Assembly (NCBI RefSeq): GCF_001194135.2
Contig: NC_068981.1
Coordinates: 176,351,701-176,415,700, forward strand
Origin: Octopus bimaculoides
Lineage: Eukaryota
Direction: 5' to 3'
DNA: 64,000 nt
Part shown: positions 51,824 through 63,811 of the stretch, piece after piece
Position numbering within the stretch: the stretch's first letter is position 1
Layout: each line of letters begins with the position of its first letter
The notes under the pieces: model-generated
Databases searched by the model: none
Seen by the model: the letters and a program-made list of their open reading frames with translations, nothing else
What the model was told of the DNA's origin: nothing
Made by a program: the position numbers and the translations under genes

Positions 51824-51867
51824 AGGTGATACACAAGCACTCATAACTGAGTGCTTGTGTATCACCT
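51824..51867. repeat. Perfect 20-bp inverted repeat with 4-nt loop
   Basis: AGGTGATACACAAGCACTCA-taac-TGAGTGCTTGTGTATCACCT. Confidence 0.97.
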
Positions 51868-52003
51868 TACATAATTGCTTGTTCCCTTGTCATTCATATG
51901 ATGTCTTATTACACTCTGTACTCAACTATTACCTTTCTTTGAGGCATATGCATACTGAGTTCTAACTCCAGGTTATAAGTATTACCATGCCTAAGTGAAA
52001 TAT

Positions 52004-52038
<35 letters not shown>

Positions 52039-52039
52039 C

Positions 52040-52912
52040 TTAGGGTATGGTAGATGAGTTCAGCAAAAATTTAGATTAAATTCTATGTCTCCGTGCAGCT
52101 GAGGATTGCTCTGCATTTTTAAATTGATGTAATGATTACACCGTTCAATTAAACGGAGTTGCATGAACCGATTGTACTGCATTACCTCTGGATATCCTTG
52201 TTGCTTATTTTGATTATATATATATATATATTAAGGCAAGGCAATGTTGTCCTTTTTTCAGCCAGCTATATTTGAGGTTGGTCGCATCCATCTGTTCTGT
52301 TCTGTCCTGTCACCTGGTCTATTACGATTTTTCCATTTTTCCATTTTCCAGCTTACTACATTCGTCTGGTAGTTGAAAGACCCTTTCTGTTTTATTTTTG
52401 TTGTAACTGTATAATTATTTCCGATTTGTTGTATAGCCATAAGGCATTTGTCTATTGTGTATGTATAATTCTATTTCATAATGTTACATATGTCCAATAG
52501 TAGAAAGACCTTTTCTGCTATTTACTTGTTTTTGTATTTGTACAAAAGATTTTTTCTCCTTGTATTGTATAATTCTAGCTTTCTCGTTTTTGTTTCTGCT
52601 TCTGTTTTTGTTCCTGTACACATTTGTTTGCCTTTCCCAGAGGCTTAATGTTTTTAGCTTAAGTCCCTGGTCTAGCTGGTTTCGAGTAGTATCAGATATA
52701 AATTGAGCGAAACTACTAAGACATTCCTGATTCCGACTGAAGAGGTATTTGGCTGTGAATGATCCATGTATCTTGTTTTGTCTTATTTGTCATGTTACTG
52801 TCCTTTTCTCCGCATGTTGTGTTTTGATGGTTTCCATTTGTTGTGTTCTTTCTATTCTACCATTGATTTGTCCATACAGTGCTCCATGCAAGTTGTTTAC
52901 TATATATATATT

Positions 52913-52948
<36 letters not shown>

Positions 52949-53385
52949 NNNNNNNNNNNNNNNNNNNNNNNNNNNNNNNNNNNNNNNNNNNNNNNNNNNN
53001 NNNNNNNNNNNNNNNNNNNNNNNNNNNNNNNNNNNNNNNNNNNNNNNNNNNNNNNNNNNNNNNNNNNNNNNNNNNNNNNNNNNNNNNNNNNNNNNNNNNN
53101 NNNNNNNNNNNNNNNNNNNNNNNNNNNNNNNNNNNNNNNNNNNNNNNNNNNNNNNNNNNNNNNNNNNNNNNNNNNNNNNNNNNNNNNNNNNNNNNNNNNN
53201 NNNNNNNNNNNNNNNNNNNNNNNNNNNNNNNNNNNNNNNNNNNNNNTATATATATACATATATATTAGAAGGTTTGGAGGTGATGTACAGGTATTATATA
53301 TTAGAAAAAATAAGGTACTCAGAGGTAATGCAGTACGATCGTTTCATGCAACTCCGTTTAACTGTGGCCATGCCCACACTTAAAT
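52040..53385. mobile_element. Cluster of (TA)n-bounded repeat fragments, probably Penelope-like
   Basis: 52150-52200 is an inverted homolog of 53310-53365; 53265-53295 is the reverse complement of 1393-1423; 52700-52860 resembles 41580-41700. Confidence 0.45.
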
Positions 53386-54231
53386 AACTGAAATGAGTTA
53401 AATCCCTTTGTCTGTCCTTGTTTGTCCCCTCTATGTTTAGCCCCTTGTGGGCAATAAAGAAATAAGAAAATTGTGGCAAAAGAGTCAGCAGAACTTCACC
53501 ATTACCTTCTGCCAGAGATGCATGGAGCTTAGGTGTTTCACTCATAAACACACACATCGCCCGGTCTGAGATTAGAACTAGTAACCCCTCGACCACGAGT
53601 CCATTGCTCTTACCACCAGGCCATGTGCCCCTGACTTTATAACATTATTCATATGAAATTTTAAATTTCTTCCTCCAAAACTGGACATTGACTGTTAATG
53701 GGTAAAGAAAAAATTGTTAATTTTACTAATTATTTCTATCTGTTATTCAACATGAGAAGCAGGGAACTAGCAGCTTTATGGAAGAAGTAAGTTTGAAGGA
53801 AAATCATAGTCATTATTCTGGAATATATTTTTGCTGGTTTAATTTAATTTAAAGTCTATCTATTCAGCTAATTGCAAATTTGAGAAACACCTATTTATAT
53901 TTTTCTATCTACACTTCTAATTACATGTTTAATCATGTTTGAAACAAAAATTCAAACAAATTTTGTAAAAAAATAAAACCTACAAAATATGATGAGTGAG
54001 GGTTTCTTTTTCGAACACCACCATTTTTTTTTTTTTTTATATATATATTGTATTAAAATTTTATAAATAGTTATATTATCTAAAATAATAGGTTGAGCAG
54101 CATTAAAGCAATTTTCGTTTTAAATGCAGCCTTGGTAACTTCAATGTGATCATCCAAAATAGAAAGGCTCTCAACCTCTGTATTACACTATTCGTTAATA
54201 TAATATACAATGAAGGTGGTGAGTTGGCAGA

Positions 54232-54414
54232 GCACAGGAGTGGCTGTTTATAGTGGCTGTGTGGTAAATAGCTTGCTTACCAGCCACATGGTTCCGGGTT
54301 CAGTACCACTGTGGGGCATCGTGGGCAAGTGTCTTCTACTATAGCTTTGGGCTGACCAAATCCTTGTGAGAGGATTTGGTAGACGAAAACTGAAAGAAGC
54401 CCAGCATATATATG

Positions 54415-54453
<39 letters not shown>

Positions 54454-54666
54454 ATGTTTGTGTGTCTGTGTTTGTCCCCCTAGCATTGTTTGACAACCGA
54501 TGCTGGTGTGTTTATGTCCCCGTCACTTAGCAGTTCTGCAAAAGACGCTGATGGAATAAGTACTAGGCTTATGAAGAATAAGTCCTGGGGTCGATTTGTT
54601 CGACTAAAGGTTGTGCTCCAGCATGGCCACAGTCAAATGACTGAAACAAGTAAAAGAGTGAAAGAG
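54232..54666 (+). mobile_element. SINE family A, full length
   Basis: Family consensus; short duplication in the head. Confidence 0.9.
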
Positions 54667-54866
54667 TATACCGGACAAAATGCTTAATAGCATTTCATCT
54701 GCCTTTACTTTCTGAGTTCAAATCCCACCAAGCTTGCTTTTTGCCTTTCAGGGTCAATGAAATACATACCAGTTGAACACTGGAGTTGATGTAATCAGCT
54801 TACCCCTTCCTTGAAGTTTTTGACTTTGTGCCAAAATTTCAAACCAGTATAATATACAATCATTAA

Positions 54867-55086
54867 ACGCTTTAGCATTCAGATTACTCTGTCAAATGGA
54901 ATGCTTACTTATTCATATTGTTTTCAATTGACCATGCATTATTTCATAGCTTCATGATTTTGATGATGTGACTGCTTAGTTTAGAATAACATCGTAGAAA
55001 AGGTATAAGATGCCTGATCTGGCCAATTTGAACATAAAACCAGTAGGATAGTTTGGCCTGATATGGCCAGTTTAAATGCTAAAGTA
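54867..55086. mobile_element. Second piggyBac-like MITE family, about 220 bp
   Basis: TTAA flanks (54863-54866, 55087-55090); subterminal inverted CTTTAGCATT; partial relative near 62690-62777. Confidence 0.7.
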
Positions 55087-56281
55087 TTAAACATATGACA
55101 TTTCACAAAACGATGTCCCAATTTAGCTTATAATATTCAGCCTAGTCTGCTTTTGAATACATGTTATACAAGTGCTGCATATCTACTATTGATATCACAC
55201 TGCTACAGAGATTTGATGATATTCCACTCAATAAAATTTTATTGCTATCTTCCTCTCTGGAAGATTTAGCTGATATATTCTCTCTGATATCATTTATTGA
55301 TCTCTGAACTTTTGTAGATTTTATTGATTTCTTCTGTAGGATATGCTGTACAGATATCACCTCTGGTAGTAGATTTTTATGATATCTACACATTGGAAGA
55401 TTTTATTTAAATTTGCCCTGTAGTTGATATCTCATGCTTAGTCATTTTATTGAATTTTGCTTATTAGTCAAACTTATTAATATCGTGCTTTAGAATCTTT
55501 TCATTCTCATTGCTGTTCAACACGTTTGATATATAAAATTCTACTAGCTTCACTAAAACATTAAAAATCTCTTTGAATATGTATGGAACGCCTTAAATTC
55601 AAAAATCAAAAACTTCCTCTGACACAACACTTTTTGAAAACACATTTTTTTTTTTTTTGGTTATTGCATATTTTACTAATTTATAATTAATTAACCCCAG
55701 ACCTGATCTGTTCAAGCAGATCTATGATCAAGAATGTTCCAAGCATGACTGACAATTATTTTTTCTTTTTTGTTTTTTTTGGTATAGTCTATCTAGAATC
55801 ATAAGAAGTATAGCCTAGTGGTTAGGCAACTAGGCTCATGAATATAAGATTGTAAGTCTGATTCCTTGTTCGACAGAGATATTGTGTTGATAGACAAGGT
55901 TGTACACTTTATACTACTCCAGTCCACACTACTTGGCAACAATGAGCATTAAGACTAAAAGAGCACCCAGTCAGTGCCAAGTTAATTAGTCAGTGATGCA
56001 ACAAAAACCTTCAGGCATGAAAGGGGATAAGCCCAGCAGTGGACTGTTATATTCAATGTTTCCCATTTTATATAGGCGCAGGCATGACTGAGTGGTAAGA
56101 AGTTTGCTTACAAATCATATAGTTTAGGATTCAGCCCCATTGTGAGGCACCTTGGGCAGTTGTCTTCTACTTATAACCTTGGGCCTACCAAAGCCTAGTG
56201 AGTGAATTTGGTAGACAGAAACTGAAAGAAGCCTATATATGTCTGTGTTTGTGTTTGTGTGTGTATGTATGTATACATATA

Positions 56282-57150
56282 CAGGGTATTGTGAATAAAC
56301 TGTCATCTAAATTACGCAAAAAGGAAAGTAACACTGACATTTCATTTTAACAGATATATTTACCAAAAGTACATAAAAATACCTTGAAATACTAAAGAGT
56401 AAATTTATTCAATAAAATCGCCATTGGCCTCAACCATGGACTCCAGACGACTTCAGAATCTCCTGCAACTCTTCTGGATGGTCTCCTTGTCTAAGTCGGT
56501 AAATGCTGCCATAATCCTTACCTTCAGTTCATCTTTGATGTTGCAAGGAGTTTTGTTGGTCTCTGACTCAACTACACCCAACACATAATAATCAAGGGAG
56601 TTGCAGTCTGGGGAGTTAGGTGATCAGATGTTAGGGATGATGTGGTTGCAGAAATTGTCTGACAGCCATGACTGGGTTCTCCTGCTTGTGTGACATGGTG
56701 CAGAGTCCTGTTGCTGGATATAAGGTCTTCCAGTAGGCACCCTCTCCACCAAGGGCAGCACTACCTTCTCCAGGTATCGATGTAGGCCTCCATGTTGAGT
56801 GTGAGGCCATGTGGGAAGATGAATGGAGGTATAATGTTACCATCACTAGTGATCACTCCAAACACCATGATGTTGACTGGATGTTTTTTTTTTGTTACTC
56901 TTGCTACATGTTTTGGGGACACGGCAAGCCAGTGGTTGTTCTGTGTGTTCATCATCTGATCCTGGCAGAAATGTTTCTCATCTGAGAACAACCAAAGCAT
57001 GTTCAGTTGGTGGGGATGCTCAAGTTTGTTCGAGAGCTTCATATTACAGTCTTCCCTCTTGTCCTTGGGATAAAAATTGGCCCTTTCTCATCTTGTATGA
57101 ATAATACCTAATGTCTTCCTGCACTACCTGCCTGATAAGGAACTCAAGGA
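56282..57150 (-). mobile_element. 5'-truncated maT-type (DD37D) Tc1/mariner transposon
   Basis: TA+CAGGG terminus at 56280-56286; WLFSDEKHF, QQDSAPCH, SPNSPDCNSLDYY with 37 residues between the second and third D; stops and frameshifts. Confidence 0.9.
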
Positions 57151-58016
57151 ACTCAAACATGCAGCTTCCTAGGTCTAACCAACAGTAGTATTATTATTCC
57201 CTTCAGGAAACTGTCACACTAAGTTGACAGCATACAACTACTTCAGGCTTCTTTCAGTTTCCATCTACCAAATCTACTCACAAAGCTTTGGTCGGCCCGA
57301 AGCTACAGCAGAAAACACTTGTCCAAGGTGCCACACAAGGAATACAGCCACGCCTGCACTTATATATGTATACATACATACATACATATATATNNNNNNN
57401 NNNNNNNNNNNNNNNNNNNNNNNNNNNNNNNNNNNNNNNNNNNNNNNNNNNNNNNNNNNNNNNNNNNNNNNNNNNNNNNNNNNNNNNNNNNNNNNNNNNN
57501 NNNTATATATATATATATATATATATGTTTACAGTGAAACATTCCTCACATAATTTTATGTCTGAACATTCTATTATGTTAAAAACAAAATTAATTATAA
57601 CAAAGTTCCACTTAGTTTACTAAATTCCTCAAAATTCTTGCTTATTTTCAAAATTAATTGAAACAGGTACATAAGGTTAAAACATTGATAACATGATTAC
57701 ACTTTGCATTTTTTAGATAAGATGCAACACAATAAAGTTAATGTGAAAATAGTTAGACCCTGTATACATCCATCCTTTCCATTTAAGGAAAGGTTCGGTA
57801 TAACTTGTCTATTACATATGGCTTTCAGAAATTGGTGTCAAGAGAGATGCATGTCTGGGTGTGAGGTTAAGAAGCCTACTTTGTAACCATGTAATTCTAG
57901 GTTCAATTCCACAGTGCAACATCTTGGTCAAATATTGTCTATTATAGCCCCAGGCCATATGAGTGGATTTAGTAGATGCAAACTGTGTGGAAGCTCATTG
58001 TATATGTACATACATG

Positions 58017-58048
<32 letters not shown>

Positions 58049-58218
58049 CATACATACATACATACATACATACATACGTATATGTATGTTTGTATGTATG
58101 TATGTTTGTCTGTATGCATGCATGTATGTATGTATATATGTGTGTTTATGTATGTATGTGTGTATATGCATATATGTATGTATGTATACATGCAAGTTTG
58201 TATGTTTTGTTTTATGTA

Positions 58219-58563
58219 CGAGGGTGAGTCAAAAAGTAATGCCATTTTGTTTAGGACAGGTATAATTACCAACACAGGAACTTGTATCATACATCAAAAT
58301 GAAGCTAGTCCTCTGTGGATCACATCCCTACTTCTCAACATAGTCACCATTTCTCTCAATAGCAGTGTTCCACCTTCAAATGAGAGCATGTATCCCTGCC
58401 CCGTAAAATTCTGTTGACTGTTCTTTGAGCCACTTCTTCCCTACCTCCACACTCACCAGATTTATCGCCTTCAGACTATCATCTCTTCAGTGCCACAAAA
58501 GAGGGTTTGAGAGGCAAACATTATTCCAGTGACAAGGAAGTGAAAACTGTAGTGAAGAATTGC
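58219..58563. mobile_element. Mariner (DD34D-type) 3' end with an internally inverted segment
   Basis: TA+CGAGGGTGAGTCAAAAAGT terminus; minus strand [35 protein letters not shown] (58328-58438); plus strand LPPHSPDLSPSDYHLFSATKEGLRGKHYSSDKEVKTVVK (58441-58560). Confidence 0.88.
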
Positions 58564-58809
58564 CACGGCCGCTTGACAACTTTTGGTTTATTTACATTCC
58601 TGTAACTTAGTGGTTTGGTAAAAGCAACTGATAGAATAAGCACCTGACTGACAATTAAGTACTGGGGTTGGTCTGTTCAACTAAACATTTCAAGGTAGTG
58701 CCCCAGCATGGGCTCCATCCAATGACTGAAGCAAGTAAAATGTAAATGAGAAAAAAATTCCCTCGGTCATTGTTTCCTTCTTCATCACTCGAGAAAATGT
58801 CCAACTGAT

Positions 58810-59387
58810 GGCGCAGGCAATGACAAATGACTGAGGCCCTTGGCGATATGCTGTGCTTCAGAAGACCAATCGAGCCAAGTGAAGTCGCAGTTGTGACCGA
58901 TGCCATTGTCATGTAACTGGCACTTATACCAGTGGCACAAACACGGTCTCTTCAAACATTAGTTGTTATGCTGTGCTTGAGAAGACCTACCAAGCCAAGT
59001 GAAATCGTAGTCATGGCTGATGCCAGTGGCATGTAAACAAACACCCTTTGAACGTTGGGCCTCATGGAGGCAATGACCTGTGACCGCGAGCTTTGGCAAT
59101 AAACCGTGCTTGAGAAGACCTGTCAAGCCAAGTGAGATTGCAGTCGACACGGATGCTGGTGTTTCATAACTGGCACTTGTACCAATGGCATGTAAAAAGC
59201 AACTACTACACTCTTGGAGTGGTTGGCATTAGGAAGCGCATCCAACTGTAGAAACCAGGCCAAATCAGACTGGGACCTTGTGCAGCTCCTCACCTTACCA
59301 GTTTTCAGTCAAACCATCCAACCCATGCCAGCATCGAAAATGGACATTAAATGATGATGATGAGGTTGATGATGATGATGATGATGT
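58810..59387 (+). mobile_element. Long family C variant with three ~120-133-bp tandem modules
   Basis: GTGCTTGAGAAGACC...AAGCCAAGTGA anchors near 58848, 58968 and 59101, then the standard 3' end and (GAT)n. Confidence 0.8.
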
Positions 59388-59449
59388 AATTTACTCTCTT
59401 CAACTTTTACCCCTTACATAGGTAACCAAGGAATATCACAGAACTAAAT

Positions 59450-59495
<46 letters not shown>

Positions 59496-59669
59496 TTTAT
59501 CTTTTACTTATTTCAGTCTTTAGATTGCAGTATTTATGCTTCTTTGTAAAGCCTTGTACATATTCTATCAGTCTCTTTTTGCTGAGCCACTAAATCATGG
59601 AAACATAAACGTGGCAACACCAGATGTCAAGCAGTAGTGGGAGACAAAAATATGCACATACACAGATAT

Positions 59670-59712
<43 letters not shown>

Positions 59713-59774
59713 ATACAAAGAATATATATACATGTATACACACATATATGTACATACTTACATCTACATGCGTA

Positions 59775-60057
59775 TATACATGCATATCAGGGCACAGGAC
59801 GTTAGAACAACAAACTACAGACAACGGAACGAACACACAGGAAAACGGAAAGCCCCTTGGAATATCCCTTCATCAGCTGTCTCTATTCTATCTAGACGTT
59901 TCGAAGACCAGACAGGACGTACTCTAGAATAGTCTCTTCCTGAGTAGTGGATCAACCAACTACACAGAGGATTCCAAGGTGGCAAACACAAACCAAGACA
60001 GGAAAAAATGGACAGTGAAAACAACATTCAAAAGCCGTACGGCCAAACGCAAATCTG

Positions 60058-60059
<2 letters not shown>
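59775..60059 (-). mobile_element. (TA)n-flanked Penelope-like remnant with a degenerate hammerhead-like motif
   Basis: Minus strand CTA-CTCAGGA-AGAGAC...GTCTTC-GAAAC-GTC-TAG (about 59892-59947), followed by a second CTGATGAAGGG half-motif. Confidence 0.5.
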
Positions 60060-60140
<81 letters not shown>

Positions 60141-61246
60141 GATATAGATATATGTATAAATATGTATATATATGATATATATGATATATTTACTTTAAAA
60201 GCATCACTATACAAGTGTTGGATTAAACATTTATTGCCATACTTGTTACCTATTCGGTCAAATAGTTATGTCAAGTATGGAGTGAGCACTCTTGTAAAAA
60301 AAGAACTGAAAAAGTGAGTCATGAGTAGTTAATAACTTCCCTTTATAAATACCATCAAATAACTTTGAAATATACAGAGATAAAAGAAAAAACAAAAAGC
60401 AGAGAAGAAAGAAAGAAACAAACAAATAAAAGAAGAAAGAAAACAGGTTAGAAGAAAATAGATCTGAAGAGGGTATAATAGTGTTGTTGTTATTGTTTCG
60501 GTTGCTTTTCTTTCTAAAAGACTACCAAACGAATAACGTTTTGTTTTCTCAGTTGAAATTTGTTTGAACAACATTTGGAAGAGCGTATAAAGTAATTCTT
60601 ATGGTTTCCATGTGCAAATACTTAAAACTGTCTGTGTGTCTGTAGATGTGTGATTTACCTTGTACAAGAGGCCATCCAGTATATCTCATTACCAGATATT
60701 TTATTGGCACAAGCTGTGGCCTTGCTGTACCCCACTTATATCATATAGATATTAACAGAACAAATACTAACAACAAATATCTCTGTGTTACCCAATAAAG
60801 AAGCAGTTTGTTTATTTATTAGACAACATGTTCTGAGTCTAAACTAACAACTTATCTTCTAACGAAGCAATTTATTTATGCGGCAAGACAGCAAGATAAA
60901 ACAATATCTTCTCTTACAACTACCTGAAATATAATCAGTGAAATGTTTATAAAATCATTCATAGCATATTTGTTATATGACAGCATTTTTATTTTCTTCA
61001 ATCTCTTCTCTCTAGAAACTATTTCACAGAGTTGAACAAGTAAAGGTTGAATCGAGGTCATTTTATTAGAAAGGTGATAGACGGCTGAAGTAAATCATAC
61101 AGTTGATGTGAAGGTTTTGAGTTCAAATGTAGTCATGGCTAATTTAGCCTTTCAACCATTCAAGATGGATCAAATATAACAAACACTTGCACACTGGGTG
61201 GTGGGGATTAGAGTGGCCAAATTTATGTTATGTATGTTGAGATAAT

Positions 61247-61410
61247 GGAGGCGTGCTGCTTAGTGGTTAGGGTGTCAGCATCATGATCGTAAGATTGTGG
61301 TTTCGATTCCTGGACCGGGCGACGCATTGTGTTCTTGAGCAAAACACTTCATTTCATGTTACTCCAGTTTACTCAGCTGGCAAAAATGAGTAACGCTGCA
61401 ATGGACTGGT
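61247..61410 (+). mobile_element. Third tRNA-headed SINE family (CORE-like middle)
   Basis: A box TGCTTAGTGG, B box GTTTCGATTCC, then TTGTGTTCTTGAGCAAAACACTTCATTTC; relatives near 24900-25000, 43160-43330 and 55815-55950. Confidence 0.8.
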
Positions 61411-61419
61411 AATAGAAAA

Positions 61420-61812
61420 GGAGCAGGTATAACTGTGTAAGAAGTTTGCTTCTGTGTAGCACCTTGGGTAAGTGCCATCTACTTTCTAACCCCAGGTTGA
61501 CCAAAGCCTTGTGAGTGGATTTGGTTGATGAAATCTGAAATAAGCTCATCAAATATATATGTGTGTGTATATGTATGTGAGCATATCTTTGTGTCAGCAT
61601 CTGTACCCCCACTACTTGACAACTTGTACTGGTTTGTTTATGTCCTTGTAACTTTGCAGTTCAGCAAAAGAGCTCTATAAATTAAGTACTAGATTTCAAA
61701 ACCAAAATAATAAGTACTGGAGTTGATTAGTTTGATGAAAACCCTTCACAGTGGTACTCCAGTATGGCTGCAGACCAATGACTGAAACAAGTAAAAGATA
61801 AAAGATAAAAGC
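61420..61812 (+). mobile_element. Diverged SINE family A copy
   Basis: Family motifs with many substitutions. Confidence 0.8.
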
Positions 61813-62844
61813 AAAATATGTATTTAGATTGTAATTAAATTTACATAGCACTTTCATTGATGAGACATCACCATCATTATCCTACTAAATAACTCTGGTC
61901 AAGAAATCAGGGGAGACAACCCTGGAAATTCAATTAATCCAAATTAATTGAATATATAGAATGCCCCATAAAATAAGTTTAGTTACTTGCTATTTGGTTA
62001 TCGTAGTGCTGGATTTGGTACTGTGCCAAAACCATAAATATTCAATAATTTTGTATGGAATAAGAACATGGAGGGACATGGAAGTTTCGAAAATTTTCAA
62101 CTGATTGCATCTTTTGGGCAGGCATTAAAATTTCCTTGTTATCTAAAGCATAACAAACTAATACAATAAAACTGTTATTCACACTCACATATTTTTATCT
62201 GATCAACATAAGACTACATGGTAACAGCACCAGTGAATGCTGAAATGGCATCACTGCAGCTAAGATGTAAATTAGAAGATGAATTTGAGATGCAGTTATG
62301 AAATCTTTAGTTCTTTGCTGTTATCTTCTGTCTCTGATTGATAAGATAGCTAACTGTATTGTAGAACATGTATCGTAGTGCATGCTGCTTGCTCAGGGCT
62401 AAACACTCCATTGTTTACATTTGAGTGGAGGTCAGGACAAAAATAAATTTGCATATTTAGGGAGCTCATCAATAAATATAGGCACCAAGGGAGCATCTAA
62501 AAGCTCACCTGGTTGAAATAACAGCCAAACCTCCCTTACATTACTCCTTACAGTCTTGTAAAAGGAGGTACACACTGAATTAAGCAGTCCAAGCTAGACA
62601 ATGCCCATAAGAAAGACTGGATGGTTATAGCTACAATGGCTTTGATCGTAAGTCTTCTCAGTCAGATTTGTTCTGTGACTAAGGGAAAATATGAGAAATC
62701 AGATCTGGCTGGTTTGAACATAAACAGATAGAATATCTGGGCCTCTAATGGCCTGTTTAAACACTAAAATGTTAAGGTGCAAGTTGAAAGAGATTTGGTT
62801 GCTATTTCTAGCAGGCCAAGCAACTTTATCGAAGCTCATTAGGT

Positions 62845-63020
62845 GGTGATTAAGTCGATTACATCAACCCCAGTGCATAACTGGTACTTTATTTATCGAC
62901 CGCGAAAGGATGAAAGGCAAAGTCGACCTCGGCGAAATTTGAACTCAGGACGTAACGGCACACAAAATACCGCTAAGCATTCCGCCCGGTGCGTTAACAT
63001 TTCTACCAGCTCGCCACCTA
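62845..63020 (-). mobile_element. SINE family B
   Basis: Family motifs in reverse. Confidence 0.85.
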
Positions 63021-63699
63021 CACACATGTATATATGGTTAACAGTGTTTTTACCAAATCAAACAACACAGAGAAAGTTCCCACTTAGTCTTGGAAACATG
63101 CTGATAGCGAATACGAATTTCCGTTTTCTACAATCATTTTGACGCCACCATAATTTCTACTTTTTATTTTATCTCTTTTCTGTTATTTCTTTGTTAGTCT
63201 TCAAGACCAAATTGGACGAGATCACACTAACCTTCAAATAATATTTCCAAAATTAAATTATTCAGTAATATTCTTCATTAAAACAACAACAACAACAGCA
63301 ACAACAACAACAACAACAATGCAAGAATGGGTTTTATGTCCCTTAAACTCCCTCCGTCTTGATAAGAGTTTTAAAAATAAATAAGGAATCACAGTTCTGT
63401 TTGAATATTCTCCACAAAAGAGTCTGTTGTTTACCAAATCAAACCAAGAAAATGTACCAGAGATAAATAGAAACAGGACAGAGTTCTTTGAAAGGGTTAT
63501 CTAAGACCAACTATTTTAAGGAGTGCAATGATATGGCTTAGATTGCAATTTTTGTGTTGTTCTTGTTTCATGTTGCCGATGACGATAATGACGTTGTTGT
63601 TGTTGGTGGTGGTGTTGTTGTTGTTGACATTTTTTCAAATTTATTTCTTTATGCTTTTTTTTTGTTTTGTTTTTTTTTGTTTGCTTCCATATTTTCGGA

Positions 63700-63777
63700 A
63701 AGAGCAGTCTCGTCATGATGGCTGAAACTGATAGAATACTCTATGAATAACAAGCATCATTGTCATGGTGATGATGT

Positions 63778-63811
<34 letters not shown>

